The position numbers and the translations under genes are program-made. The notes under the pieces are model-generated. The model saw nothing but the letters and a program-made list of their open reading frames with translations. It ran no database searches and was not told where the DNA came from. This document shows positions 17,219 through 24,356 of a DNA stretch of 36,305 bases, piece after piece (within the stretch, counting starts at the first letter, position 1; the number at the start of each line of letters is the position of its first letter). Origin of the DNA: Patescibacteria group bacterium (lineage in GTDB: Bacteria; Patescibacteriota; Minisyncoccia; Phycocordibacterales; UBA918); contig JAZKIJ010000029.1 of the NCBI GenBank assembly GCA_040384905.1, positions 12,495-48,799 on the forward strand. Reading direction: 5' to 3'.

Positions 17219-17542
17219 ATGCTTATTGTTGTTGATGCCAATCCGTTCTTTGATAGTGATTTGCAGACTGATGAAATTGAGCGGTTATTTTTTGGTTTGC
17301 GACTGGAAGTGAGTGGGCCGTATAAAGATTTCTTCCCAGAAAACTTCTATAAGGTGTCGTTGCAAGAATTTTACACCAAGCTAAACGTTCCTCAGTACTA
17401 CCAAGCGCTCATAATTTTTAGGACCCAAGTGTGCACGTTTACCACGCTTGCTGAACAGCCGTTTTTTGATGAGGTCGCTCGGTTAATTGAGATACCGATT
17501 CGAGCCTCAGCTTGTCTCGTTACCACTGGCGCAATCCACTAG
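17219..17542 (+). CDS. hypothetical protein
   Basis: 107-aa ORF with GGAG 7 nt upstream of the ATG. Its stop codon lies in the loop of a terminator hairpin. No motif recognised. Confidence 0.5.
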   Translation: MLIVVDANPFFDSDLQTDEIERLFFGLRLEVSGPYKDFFPENFYKVSLQEFYTKLNVPQYYQALIIFRTQVCTFTTLAEQPFFDEVARLIEIPIRASACLVTTGAIH

Positions 17543-17557
17543 ATTGCGCCAGTTTCT
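17526..17557 (+). terminator. intrinsic terminator
   Basis: CTGGCGCAATC-cacta-GATTGCGCCAG followed by TTTCT. Confidence 0.65.
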
Positions 17558-17628
17558 ACTGCTTGTTAAGGACTGAGTTGTGTAAAAATCTAAGCCTACG
17601 TATAGTAGCGTAAGAATAGGAGTGAGAA

Positions 17629-17934
17629 ATGACAGAAATCTGTGACTGGTCAACTGGCCACTTTCTGATTGCTCGAATTGATAGCTTGACTGCCGAAGCT
17701 GGTGAATCATGGTGGTGCGAATGCTTACGACCGTATGGTCATGCCGGCCCACATCTCGTCAAGCGAGTTGAGAGAATTGGAGGTCAGTATGTAATCTGGG
17801 AGCAAGACTGTTGTGAGCCAGGGACGTGTGAAGGTTGTGACGGAGAAGATCCCGAAGACTACTGTTTGGCCTATGCAGAAGTAGCGGAAGATGTGGCCTT
17901 AAGGCTTATTGCCGACGGTTCCCTAGAATCATAA
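17629..17934 (+). CDS. small acidic Cys-rich hypothetical protein
   Basis: 101-aa ORF with an AGGAG SD 6 nt upstream and a terminator immediately after. It has 8 Cys, including CEC, CCEPGTCEGC and YC. Confidence 0.6.
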   Translation: MTEICDWSTGHFLIARIDSLTAEAGESWWCECLRPYGHAGPHLVKRVERIGGQYVIWEQDCCEPGTCEGCDGEDPEDYCLAYAEVAEDVALRLIADGSLES

Positions 17935-17965
17935 AGGCCAGCGAACAAACGCTGGCCTTTCTTTT
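17934..17965 (+). terminator. intrinsic terminator
   Basis: GGCCAGCG-aacaaa-CGCTGGCC followed by TTTCTTTT. Confidence 0.8.
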
Positions 17966-17983
17966 ATATAAATATCCAAAAAA

Positions 17984-18127
17984 TAGTTTAGTAGCTAAGC
18001 ATCCTCAATAAAACAAAATTGTTTCAAAAAAGTTTTTGAGATACTAAAAATTCTTAAATTAGTTTAGTAGCTAGGCTCGCTCAATTAATCTAAATTATCT
18101 CAAAAATGAGATGACCGCGCGACGCGC
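17984..18127. repeat. degenerate tandem duplication (~76-bp unit)
   Basis: TAGTTTAGTAGCTAAGC (17984-18000) recurs as TAGTTTAGTAGCTAGGC (18060-18076). The following CTCAAT.AA.C.AAATT.T.TCAAAAA segments also align. Confidence 0.6.
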
Positions 18128-18181
18128 GAGGAAAATTTCCCGAGCCTTACTTTCTGTAAGGTGAGGGGAATTTTGCCGAAG
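18128..18181 (-). repeat. bipartite hairpin element, copy R1 (short form)
   Basis: The minus-strand sense reads CTTCGGCAAAATTCCC CTCAC CTTAC agaaa GTAAG GCTCG GGAAATTTTCCTC. It begins 36 nt after the stop of the D,D-carboxypeptidase gene. Confidence 0.65.
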
Positions 18182-18217
18182 CGCTACAAAGCGGCCGCTC
18201 ATTTTTGTGGTAATTTA

Positions 18218-19168
18218 TTAGTCAAAGATGCTGATTAAATACTCATCAATCTTCCGCTGCTCCCAATCATAAAAACTGGCATCAGCTTTATCTAAATCCT
18301 TTGCTAAATCTTCACCGACAAAACGCCAGTGCCACGGTTCAAATACATAGTAGGCATTACCTTTTGGGTAGGAGAGGGTAAAGCCATACTTGGAAGCATT
18401 TTCCAACATCCAGGTATAGGCTGGAGTGCCCTCGAACCCATCCAGTCCACCACCGAGCCCTTCGGTAGTAAAATCGAGCGTCGTACCGAGTTGGTGTTCG
18501 GAGTAGCCCTGGTCGGCGGAGAATGTGTTGGCGCCACTACCGTAGGTTTGGGTGTAGGCACCTTTGAGACTGGCTTGTTCGTTAAACGATCGGTAGGCTG
18601 ACACGACCCAAATTTTAATACCATCTTCTAACGCAGCTTCTATCATTTCATTAAGATACGGTTCGACTTTGCCGTGAATTGATTTGGAAACAGCTTCGTT
18701 ATATAAATATTTTTTCTCAATCGGGACAATTTTTTCCGGGATGTAGTGTTCGTTTAGGAAATAGACTTTGGAATATTTTTGCAGTAACTCTTTGTCGGTT
18801 TTAGAGAGTTTATCGAGCACACCAACGGTACCAGAAATTTTCTTAATTTGATCTTCAAATTCATCGTTTTTATTCTTTTCTTTTCGATAATCGTCCTCGA
18901 TGTCATCTAGTTCTTCCGCGGTGAGGGAGAGTCGGCTGGAGAGTTCGGCGATCGTACTGCTCGCTAATTCTCGTTCTTCGAGGCGACTTTGGGTGCTAGA
19001 AGCGTTTTCCAAGAGGAAATAGTTACGTTCCGCCAACAGCATGTCGATTTTCTTGGCTTGTGACCAGGTAGAGTACGATAAATACCCGGTACCAATCAGT
19101 AAGACCACAATTGCCCCCAAATAGAGGTATTTTGGATGAATTTTCCGACGAACAATAACTCGTGACAT
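18218..19168 (-). CDS. membrane-anchored D-alanyl-D-alanine carboxypeptidase (VanY / peptidase M15B family)
   Basis: SAYRSFNEQ, SEHQLGTTLDF and EPWHWRFVG are the M15B zinc-site motifs. The N-terminus has a TM helix and a coiled coil. The ORF track opens at TTG 19228, but ATG 19168 (MSRVIVRRK...) is the likelier start. Confidence 0.8.
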   Translation of the reverse strand: MSRVIVRRKIHPKYLYLGAIVVLLIGTGYLSYSTWSQAKKIDMLLAERNYFLLENASSTQSRLEERELASSTIAELSSRLSLTAEELDDIEDDYRKEKNKNDEFEDQIKKISGTVGVLDKLSKTDKELLQKYSKVYFLNEHYIPEKIVPIEKKYLYNEAVSKSIHGKVEPYLNEMIEAALEDGIKIWVVSAYRSFNEQASLKGAYTQTYGSGANTFSADQGYSEHQLGTTLDFTTEGLGGGLDGFEGTPAYTWMLENASKYGFTLSYPKGNAYYVFEPWHWRFVGEDLAKDLDKADASFYDWEQRKIDEYLISIFD

Positions 19169-19307
19169 AGTTGCTCTTAAGTATATCACGCATGCTTGAA
19201 AGAGGGCACTAATTGTGGTACTGTACAAACATTATTAGAGTGGGGATTAGGGCGGGGTAACACTGGTTTGCCAGTTCCCGGACTAATTCACATAATAAAA
19301 AATAAGA

Positions 19308-19835
19308 ATGTCAGAAACAACAATGCCAGCTATCGAGGCAGAAATTCGTACTGATGAGCAAGAAATTGCCTCATACGAACTCGCCTACCACATACTTCCA
19401 ACGGTAGCTGAAGGGGAAGTGATGGCAGTGACTCAGTCACTCAAAGACCTTATTACTAAAGCCGGTGGTCAAATTTTTGACACCGAAGACGCAGAACGCT
19501 TCGAACTAGCCTACGAGATTGATAAATATCTTGAAGGTAAGTACCGAAAGTTCAACAGTGCATACTTTGGATGGACACGTTTCAAACTTGCTCCATTAGC
19601 GCTTAATCAACTCACTGAACACGTGGATGAGCACAAGCAACTCCTACGATTCCTCCTCGTTCGATTAACGAAAGTAGAAGAAGCTAATCCGTTCCGTTTC
19701 CACGAAGCGTTAGTAGACACAAAAGTACGAAACATTGATCTTGATGCTGAAGTTGCTACCGACACCGAAGTGGTAGATACTGAAGGTATCGTCGATGAAG
19801 TGGTTGAAGGTGGAGACGATGTGAAGATTGCGTAG
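19308..19835 (+). CDS. rpsF: 30S ribosomal protein S6 with an acidic C-terminal extension
   Basis: YELAYHILPTVAEGE...ERFELAYEI is S6-like. The gene order rpsF-ssb-rpsR is classical. Confidence 0.8.
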   Translation: MSETTMPAIEAEIRTDEQEIASYELAYHILPTVAEGEVMAVTQSLKDLITKAGGQIFDTEDAERFELAYEIDKYLEGKYRKFNSAYFGWTRFKLAPLALNQLTEHVDEHKQLLRFLLVRLTKVEEANPFRFHEALVDTKVRNIDLDAEVATDTEVVDTEGIVDEVVEGGDDVKIA

Positions 19836-19867
19836 TACCTTATTTCGTAATTTGTAACTAAAACTAT

Positions 19868-20332
19868 ATGTACCTTAACAAAGCCATGATTTACGGAAAT
19901 CTCACCCGAGACCCGGAAATGAAATCCCTTCCGAGCGGCATGCAAGTATGCTCGTTCTCAGTTGCTACCAACCGTTCATACAATGACCGTGATGGTAAGC
20001 GCCAAGAAGCAGTTGAATACCACAATATTACTGCCTTTGGTAAACAAGCCGAAGTTATCTCTAAGTATTTAACAAAAGGTAGTGGTGTGTACGTTGAAGG
20101 ACGTTTACAAACCAACAGCTGGGAAAAAGACGGAGTCAAACAATATCGTACCGAAATTGTCGTCGATAAATTTGAATTTGGTCCGAAAGGTGGCGGCGCA
20201 GGAGGCAGTAGTACCAGTAACGCAGGAAACGCAGGCAGTAATGCCACGAGTACCGGGGGTAATAACAATAGTGCACCGGTGCTACCTGAGTATCCAACTG
20301 AAGACATCAATCCCGAAGACATCCCATTTTAG
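19868..20332 (+). CDS. ssb: single-stranded DNA-binding protein
   Basis: OB fold MYLNKAMIYGNLTRDPEMK...WEKDGVKQYRTEIVV, a Gly/Asn-rich linker and an acidic DIPF tail. Confidence 0.9.
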   Translation: MYLNKAMIYGNLTRDPEMKSLPSGMQVCSFSVATNRSYNDRDGKRQEAVEYHNITAFGKQAEVISKYLTKGSGVYVEGRLQTNSWEKDGVKQYRTEIVVDKFEFGPKGGGAGGSSTSNAGNAGSNATSTGGNNNSAPVLPEYPTEDINPEDIPF

Positions 20333-20354
20333 AGGCTGGATGTACCCAATCTGC

Positions 20355-20424
20355 GTTGTTGCACATCAATTGTGTCAGTCACGGTAGAAACCTACCGCTT
20401 CTTCCAAAATTGATGTGCGCCTAG
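20355..20424 (+). repeat. bipartite hairpin element, copy B (long form)
   Basis: GTTGTTGCACATCAATT...GTCAC GGTAG aaac CTACC GCTTC...AATTGATGTGCGCCTAG. It starts 22 nt after the ssb stop, inside the ssb-rpsR gap. Confidence 0.6.
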
Positions 20425-20514
20425 CATCTCGGGCACCCCAGACTCTAAAATAAATCGAGACGTCTGGAATCTGCAAAATTAAAATTTTGAAAACTTATTA
20501 GTTAACATACCAAC

Positions 20515-20718
20515 ATGGAACAACATAATCTTCACAAAAAGGCGGCTTTGGAGCATATTGATTACAAAGACATCACTAGTCTCGCAAACAATATCAACCC
20601 ACACGCACGTATGAACAGTCGACGTCGAACTGGCTTCTCAGCCAAGGCACAACGTGACTTTTCTCGAGCGATTAAGCGGGCGCGGTTTATGGCCCTAATG
20701 CCATACATCGCCCGCTAA
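20515..20718 (+). CDS. rpsR: 30S ribosomal protein S18
   Basis: 67-aa ORF with YKDI...RRRTGFSAKAQRDFSRAIKRARFMALMPY. Confidence 0.9.
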   Translation: MEQHNLHKKAALEHIDYKDITSLANNINPHARMNSRRRTGFSAKAQRDFSRAIKRARFMALMPYIAR

Positions 20719-20751
20719 AGCTTCCATAGCAAGCCATCTGCTGTGTTGGGA

Positions 20752-20805
20752 CTGCGGTAAAATTTTACTCACCGTACAAAAGGTACGGCTCGCAAAATTT
20801 TCCTT
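20752..20805 (+). repeat. bipartite hairpin element, copy R2 (short form)
   Basis: CTGCGGTAAAATTTTA CTCAC CGTAC aaaag GTACG GCTCG CAAAATTTTCCTT. It begins 33 nt after the rpsR stop. Confidence 0.65.
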
Positions 20806-20865
20806 GCCCGCCTTGCATATGACTCACTCTGAAAGCTTTAGTAGAAGTTAATTCAGTGGAAAAAG

Positions 20866-20893
20866 AAAAAACACCCGGTGGGGTGTTTTTTTT
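20866..20893 (+). terminator. intrinsic terminator (end of the rpsF-ssb-rpsR unit)
   Basis: AAAAAACACCC-ggtg-GGGTGTTTTTTTT. Confidence 0.8.
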
Positions 20894-20941
20894 GGAATTG
20901 AGGTATATACTTATTTTTGGAACAGGAATTGGAGGGAAGCC

Positions 20942-21142
20942 ATGTCTGTTGGATATCTTGCAATACCGATGATTGTAGCACTCCTTTGTGCTCTGCTCTT
21001 CGGCCAGTCTATTCTTCATGGGTTTGCCATCTATGTAGGGGTAGGTATAGTTCTCACGATGGGGACAGCCACCTTGCTCAGCTACAATATGCCGCGGAGT
21101 CAAAAAAACCACCAAGCTGACAAAGCCCACAAAGCCTTTTAG
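20942..21142 (+). CDS. small two-helix membrane protein
   Basis: 66-aa ORF with a GGAGGG SD 5 nt upstream. It has two hydrophobic helices and a basic tail, and is bracketed by terminators. Confidence 0.6.
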   Translation: MSVGYLAIPMIVALLCALLFGQSILHGFAIYVGVGIVLTMGTATLLSYNMPRSQKNHQADKAHKAF

Positions 21143-21149
21143 GCAAACA

Positions 21150-21180
21150 AAAAAGCCGCAGCTCACGCCGCGGCTTTTTC
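21150..21180 (+). terminator. intrinsic terminator
   Basis: AAAAAGCCGC-agctcacgcc-GCGGCTTTTTC. Confidence 0.75.
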
Positions 21181-21339
21181 TTTGTAAAGTAAAATCAAGC
21201 TTTCTACTACTTTTTTTTTAATTCAATTTAAAACGTATAAATATTTAGTTAAAATGCTTAGATACTAGTGAAAAAGTGCCTAAGTGCCTGCTATTTTGAA
21301 AAAATAGCGAGAACCTGAACAGCTTCTATAGGAAGGGGC

Positions 21340-21393
21340 GAGGAAAATTTTGCGAGCCGTACTTTTTGTACGGTGAGTCAAATTTTGCCGAAG
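21340..21393 (-). repeat. bipartite hairpin element, copy R3 (short form)
   Basis: The minus-strand sense reads CTTCGGCAAAATTTGA CTCAC CGTAC aaaaa GTACG GCTCG CAAAATTTTCCTC. It begins 35 nt after the efp stop. Confidence 0.65.
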
Positions 21394-21428
21394 TACAACA
21401 ACGTAGATAAGTGTTTTTAGTAAATATT

Positions 21429-22004
21429 TTAAGCTTTCTCGATTCGTTCTGAGTAGTCGCCTGATTCGGTGTTGATGGAAATCACGTCACCTTCATTGAT
21501 AAACATTGGTACCATGACGGTGGCGCCAGTTTCTACGGTTACTTGTTTAAGGGCACTACTTGAGGTGTTACCTTTAACCGCAGGCATGGCTTCGGTTACC
21601 TTAAGTTCTACTTTAATAGGGAACTTGATACCAATAATCTCTTCTTCAAATACCAACGCTTGTACGTCACTGCGTTCCTTAAGGAATTTACCCGGGTCTC
21701 CAATAAAGTCTTCGGTGAGGGCAAAGCGTTCCGCTGGCTTGCCAGCGTTATGGAACCAGTATTCGCTTCCTTTGCGATAAATGAATGTTACGTTTTTGTT
21801 TTCAAGATCAGCCTCGTCCGCAGTTTCGCTTACGTGGAAGGTCTGTTCGTACTGACGACCAGACTTCAAACCTTTAAGTTTAGTAATGTTTACCGGCTTA
21901 CGTTGTTGCTTACGAAACACGTGAGTAGCGAGCACTAAACAAGGCTCATCGTTAAAGATGATGACTTTCTTGAGGGTTATTTCGTTGTATGAGAGGACAG
22001 CCAT
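21429..22004 (-). CDS. efp: elongation factor P (non-canonical loop-tip sequence)
   Basis: The 191-aa ORF aligns without gaps over residues 18-56 with E. coli EF-P, and the C-terminus DVISINTESGDYSERI matches. The canonical KPGKG loop is replaced by RKQQRKP. Confidence 0.85.
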   Translation of the reverse strand: MAVLSYNEITLKKVIIFNDEPCLVLATHVFRKQQRKPVNITKLKGLKSGRQYEQTFHVSETADEADLENKNVTFIYRKGSEYWFHNAGKPAERFALTEDFIGDPGKFLKERSDVQALVFEEEIIGIKFPIKVELKVTEAMPAVKGNTSSSALKQVTVETGATVMVPMFINEGDVISINTESGDYSERIEKA

Positions 22005-22098
22005 GAAATGAAGAAATGAGCGTAGCGATTATTCTGAATTTCGTTCCGAGTTTACCCCTTTCCTAGGGTAAACTCCTGGAACCTGTAATCGTTGCTAC
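22005..22098 (-). promoter_or_regulatory. conserved structured 5' leader element, copy L1 (upstream of efp)
   Basis: A 94-nt block abuts the efp ATG and is about 90% identical to 26977-27070. Its 10-bp hairpin is GAGTTTACCC/GGGTAAACTC, extended by GTTCC/GGAAC and an outer GCGATTA/TAATCG..GC stem. Confidence 0.55.
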
Positions 22099-22207
22099 CC
22101 AGTTAATTAAAATGAATAATAGCGTCACATTTATACCAAAATTACCCATTAAAAGCAACGCGTGTATAGCAACCAAAGCGTTAGTTTGGTGGTATTATTA
22201 AAGAATT

Positions 22208-22798
22208 ATGCAATTGTTTGGCAATTCAGAAAACATGAGCGAACTATCTGATGAAGATATTTTACTGCGCTCCCGTGCTCACCCTTGGCTGTTTTCAATG
22301 ATTCTCGAACGCTATCAAGACGCTTTTTTCCGTAAAGCCATGGGAATTATCCATACCAAAGAGGATGCCGAAGAGATAGTGCAAGACACGTTTACCAAAA
22401 TTTACCTGCACGCTGATTCGTTTAGTCCGGTTGAAGGCGCCAAATTTTCTTCCTGGGCGTACCGAATTTTAATGAACACCGCCTTTACCGCCTACCAAAA
22501 GCGCATCAAGCAAGGAGCGCGCTTTCAAAATATTGATCCGGAGTTTGAACAGTTTGTAGCTGATAAATCAGGTGGGGTAGCGGCGACGGAAATTCATGAC
22601 GGGGTAGAGCGCATTTTGGCTCGATTGCCCGGCCATTTCTCGAGTGTATTGCGGTTGCACTACATTGAACGCTGGAGTCATCAAGATATTGCCACCGAAA
22701 CGGGTGAAGCCGTAGGGACCATAAAAGCTCGTATCCACCGGGCCAAGGCCGCCTTTCGAAAGGAAAGTACCGAGCTGGAACAGCAACAATTACTGTAA
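22208..22798 (+). CDS. ECF-type RNA polymerase sigma factor (sigma-70 family group 4)
   Basis: Region 2 is DAEEIVQDTFTKIYLH...WAYRILMNTA. The region 4 HTH is LRLHYIERWSHQDIATETGEAVGTIKARIHRAK. The alternative start at 22235 is possible. Confidence 0.8.
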   Translation: MQLFGNSENMSELSDEDILLRSRAHPWLFSMILERYQDAFFRKAMGIIHTKEDAEEIVQDTFTKIYLHADSFSPVEGAKFSSWAYRILMNTAFTAYQKRIKQGARFQNIDPEFEQFVADKSGGVAATEIHDGVERILARLPGHFSSVLRLHYIERWSHQDIATETGEAVGTIKARIHRAKAAFRKESTELEQQQLL

Positions 22799-22831
22799 CT
22801 ATTATTTACTACCTTCTGTTATATACCATAT

Positions 22832-23185
22832 ATGAATAACCATACTACTAATCCATCATCCGTTACGCTCAGACGCGCTATTATGCGTCGTGTGTGGTAC
22901 ACGTATATGCTCAGCCTTATCTTGCGGGAAAGTACCGTGTGGGGACTGGCGTTTGGGGGGAGTGTGATTGGGTTTTGGAAATTAGTGTCTATCACCAGTA
23001 TCGTGCAGAATTTCCTGAATGTCCCGGTCGGTCATGTGCCGATGTATGTGCTTAATTCGCTCCTGCAGGCCGAAACCCTCGCGTTGATTGCCTTTGGCAT
23101 AATTGTATTTACGGTATTGTCGGTAGGATTTAAAATTAGTCTGCCAGTTTTTACCCCGCGTGCTCAGAAATTTAGTTCGGTCTAA
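22832..23185 (+). CDS. small membrane protein downstream of the ECF sigma (possible anti-sigma-like partner)
   Basis: 117-aa ORF with a basic N-terminus followed by 3 hydrophobic helices. The assignment rests on position only. Confidence 0.45.
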   Translation: MNNHTTNPSSVTLRRAIMRRVWYTYMLSLILRESTVWGLAFGGSVIGFWKLVSITSIVQNFLNVPVGHVPMYVLNSLLQAETLALIAFGIIVFTVLSVGFKISLPVFTPRAQKFSSV

Positions 23186-23203
23186 TACCTTCTACATAAC
23201 TAT

Positions 23204-23237
23204 AAAAAATCAGCCGGTACTAGCCGGCTGATTTTTT
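23204..23237. terminator. bidirectional intrinsic terminator between converging genes
   Basis: AAAAAATCAGCCGG-tacta-GCCGGCTGATTTTTT. Confidence 0.85.
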
Positions 23238-23256
23238 AATTGGATAGGGGATAGAG

Positions 23257-24339
23257 TTATTTGGTTTCAGCGTGTTCGGCCTTTAGTGCAGCGCGCACGT
23301 GTTTAAGCATCTCATCTTTGAGCTTCGTATTTTCTCTAAGGAATGTTCGGGCAGCATCATAACCTCGACCCAATTTTTCAGTAGTTGATTCATCTCCTCC
23401 GGGGGGAGTGTATGAGTATGAAGAGCCTGATTTGGTAACAAATTTATACTTTTCCCCGAGAGCGAGAATCTCACCTTCAATCGAGATACCTTCATTATAA
23501 ATTAGGTCAAACTCAGTACTCTTAAATGGAGAAGCCACTTTGTTCTTCACGACCTTAACGCGGTGGCGACCACCGACAATTTCTTCACCCTTTTTAATTT
23601 GGGCAATACGACGGATATCCAGACGCACTGAAGTGTAGAACTTAAGCGCCTTTCCACCGGGGGTTGTTTCGGGGTTACCAAACATAACACCAATTTGCAT
23701 ACGGATTTGGTTAATAAAGATAACCACCGTTTTTGATTTGGCGACAATACTCGTCAGTTTACGTAATGCCTGACTCATCAATCGCGCTTGCTTACCCACG
23801 TGGTGGGCACCCATTTCACCCTCAATTTCATCGCGGGGAGTAAGAGCGGCTACGGAGTCGATAACAATCACGTCAATTTTACCGGTTCGCACCAGAGACT
23901 CTACGATTTCAAGCGCTTGTTCACCGTTATCTGGTTGTGAGATTAACAGTTCATCGAGTTTAACGCCGAGGTTCTTGGCGTACTCTGGGTCCATCGCGTG
24001 CTCAGCATCGATAAAGGCACAGATACCACCTAACTTTTGTGCTTCAGCAATCGCGTGTAGGGAAAGGGTGGTCTTACCAGAAGACTCTGGACCATAAATT
24101 TCAATAATACGACCGCGCGGGAATCCACCAATACCTAACGCTTCATCAAGACCAATCGAGCCAGTCGGGACGACATCAATATCAACTTTACGACTCTCGG
24201 ACAAGGTCATAATCGCTTCATCACCAAATTTGGTTTTCAGTGCCCGGAGAGTTTCCGCGATATCAGCAATGCCGCCTTCTTTACTAGTAGCGGCTTCACC
24301 AACAACTTTTTTTTCTTTGGCAGCTTTTTTTGGTTTCAT
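23257..24339 (-). CDS. recA: recombinase RecA
   Basis: Motifs: [33 protein letters not shown] and [12 protein letters not shown]; loops L1/L2 are present. Confidence 0.97.
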   Translation of the reverse strand: MKPKKAAKEKKVVGEAATSKEGGIADIAETLRALKTKFGDEAIMTLSESRKVDIDVVPTGSIGLDEALGIGGFPRGRIIEIYGPESSGKTTLSLHAIAEAQKLGGICAFIDAEHAMDPEYAKNLGVKLDELLISQPDNGEQALEIVESLVRTGKIDVIVIDSVAALTPRDEIEGEMGAHHVGKQARLMSQALRKLTSIVAKSKTVVIFINQIRMQIGVMFGNPETTPGGKALKFYTSVRLDIRRIAQIKKGEEIVGGRHRVKVVKNKVASPFKSTEFDLIYNEGISIEGEILALGEKYKFVTKSGSSYSYTPPGGDESTTEKLGRGYDAARTFLRENTKLKDEMLKHVRAALKAEHAETK

Positions 24340-24356
24340 AGTATAGTTATTTGTAT

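Noticed and set aside
17984-18127. A possible CRISPR array, because of repeated ~17-nt words with regular spacing.
   Set aside because: There are only two units, and the 'spacers' also align to each other, so this is a tandem duplication. There is no repeat palindrome typical of CRISPR and no cas genes.
19229-19307. An S6:S18-type autoregulatory leader upstream of rpsF.
   Set aside because: A bulged hairpin (GGGGTAACACTGG-tttg-CCAGTTCCC) exists. I cannot show resemblance to the known rpsF leader or the 16S S6/S18 site from memory, so the evidence is too thin to call.
20765-21166. A 133-aa minus-strand ORF spanning the rpsR-efp interval.
   Set aside because: It runs through two terminator hairpins and hairpin copy R2, and it is antisense to the SD-preceded 66-aa membrane ORF. 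It has no SD of its own.
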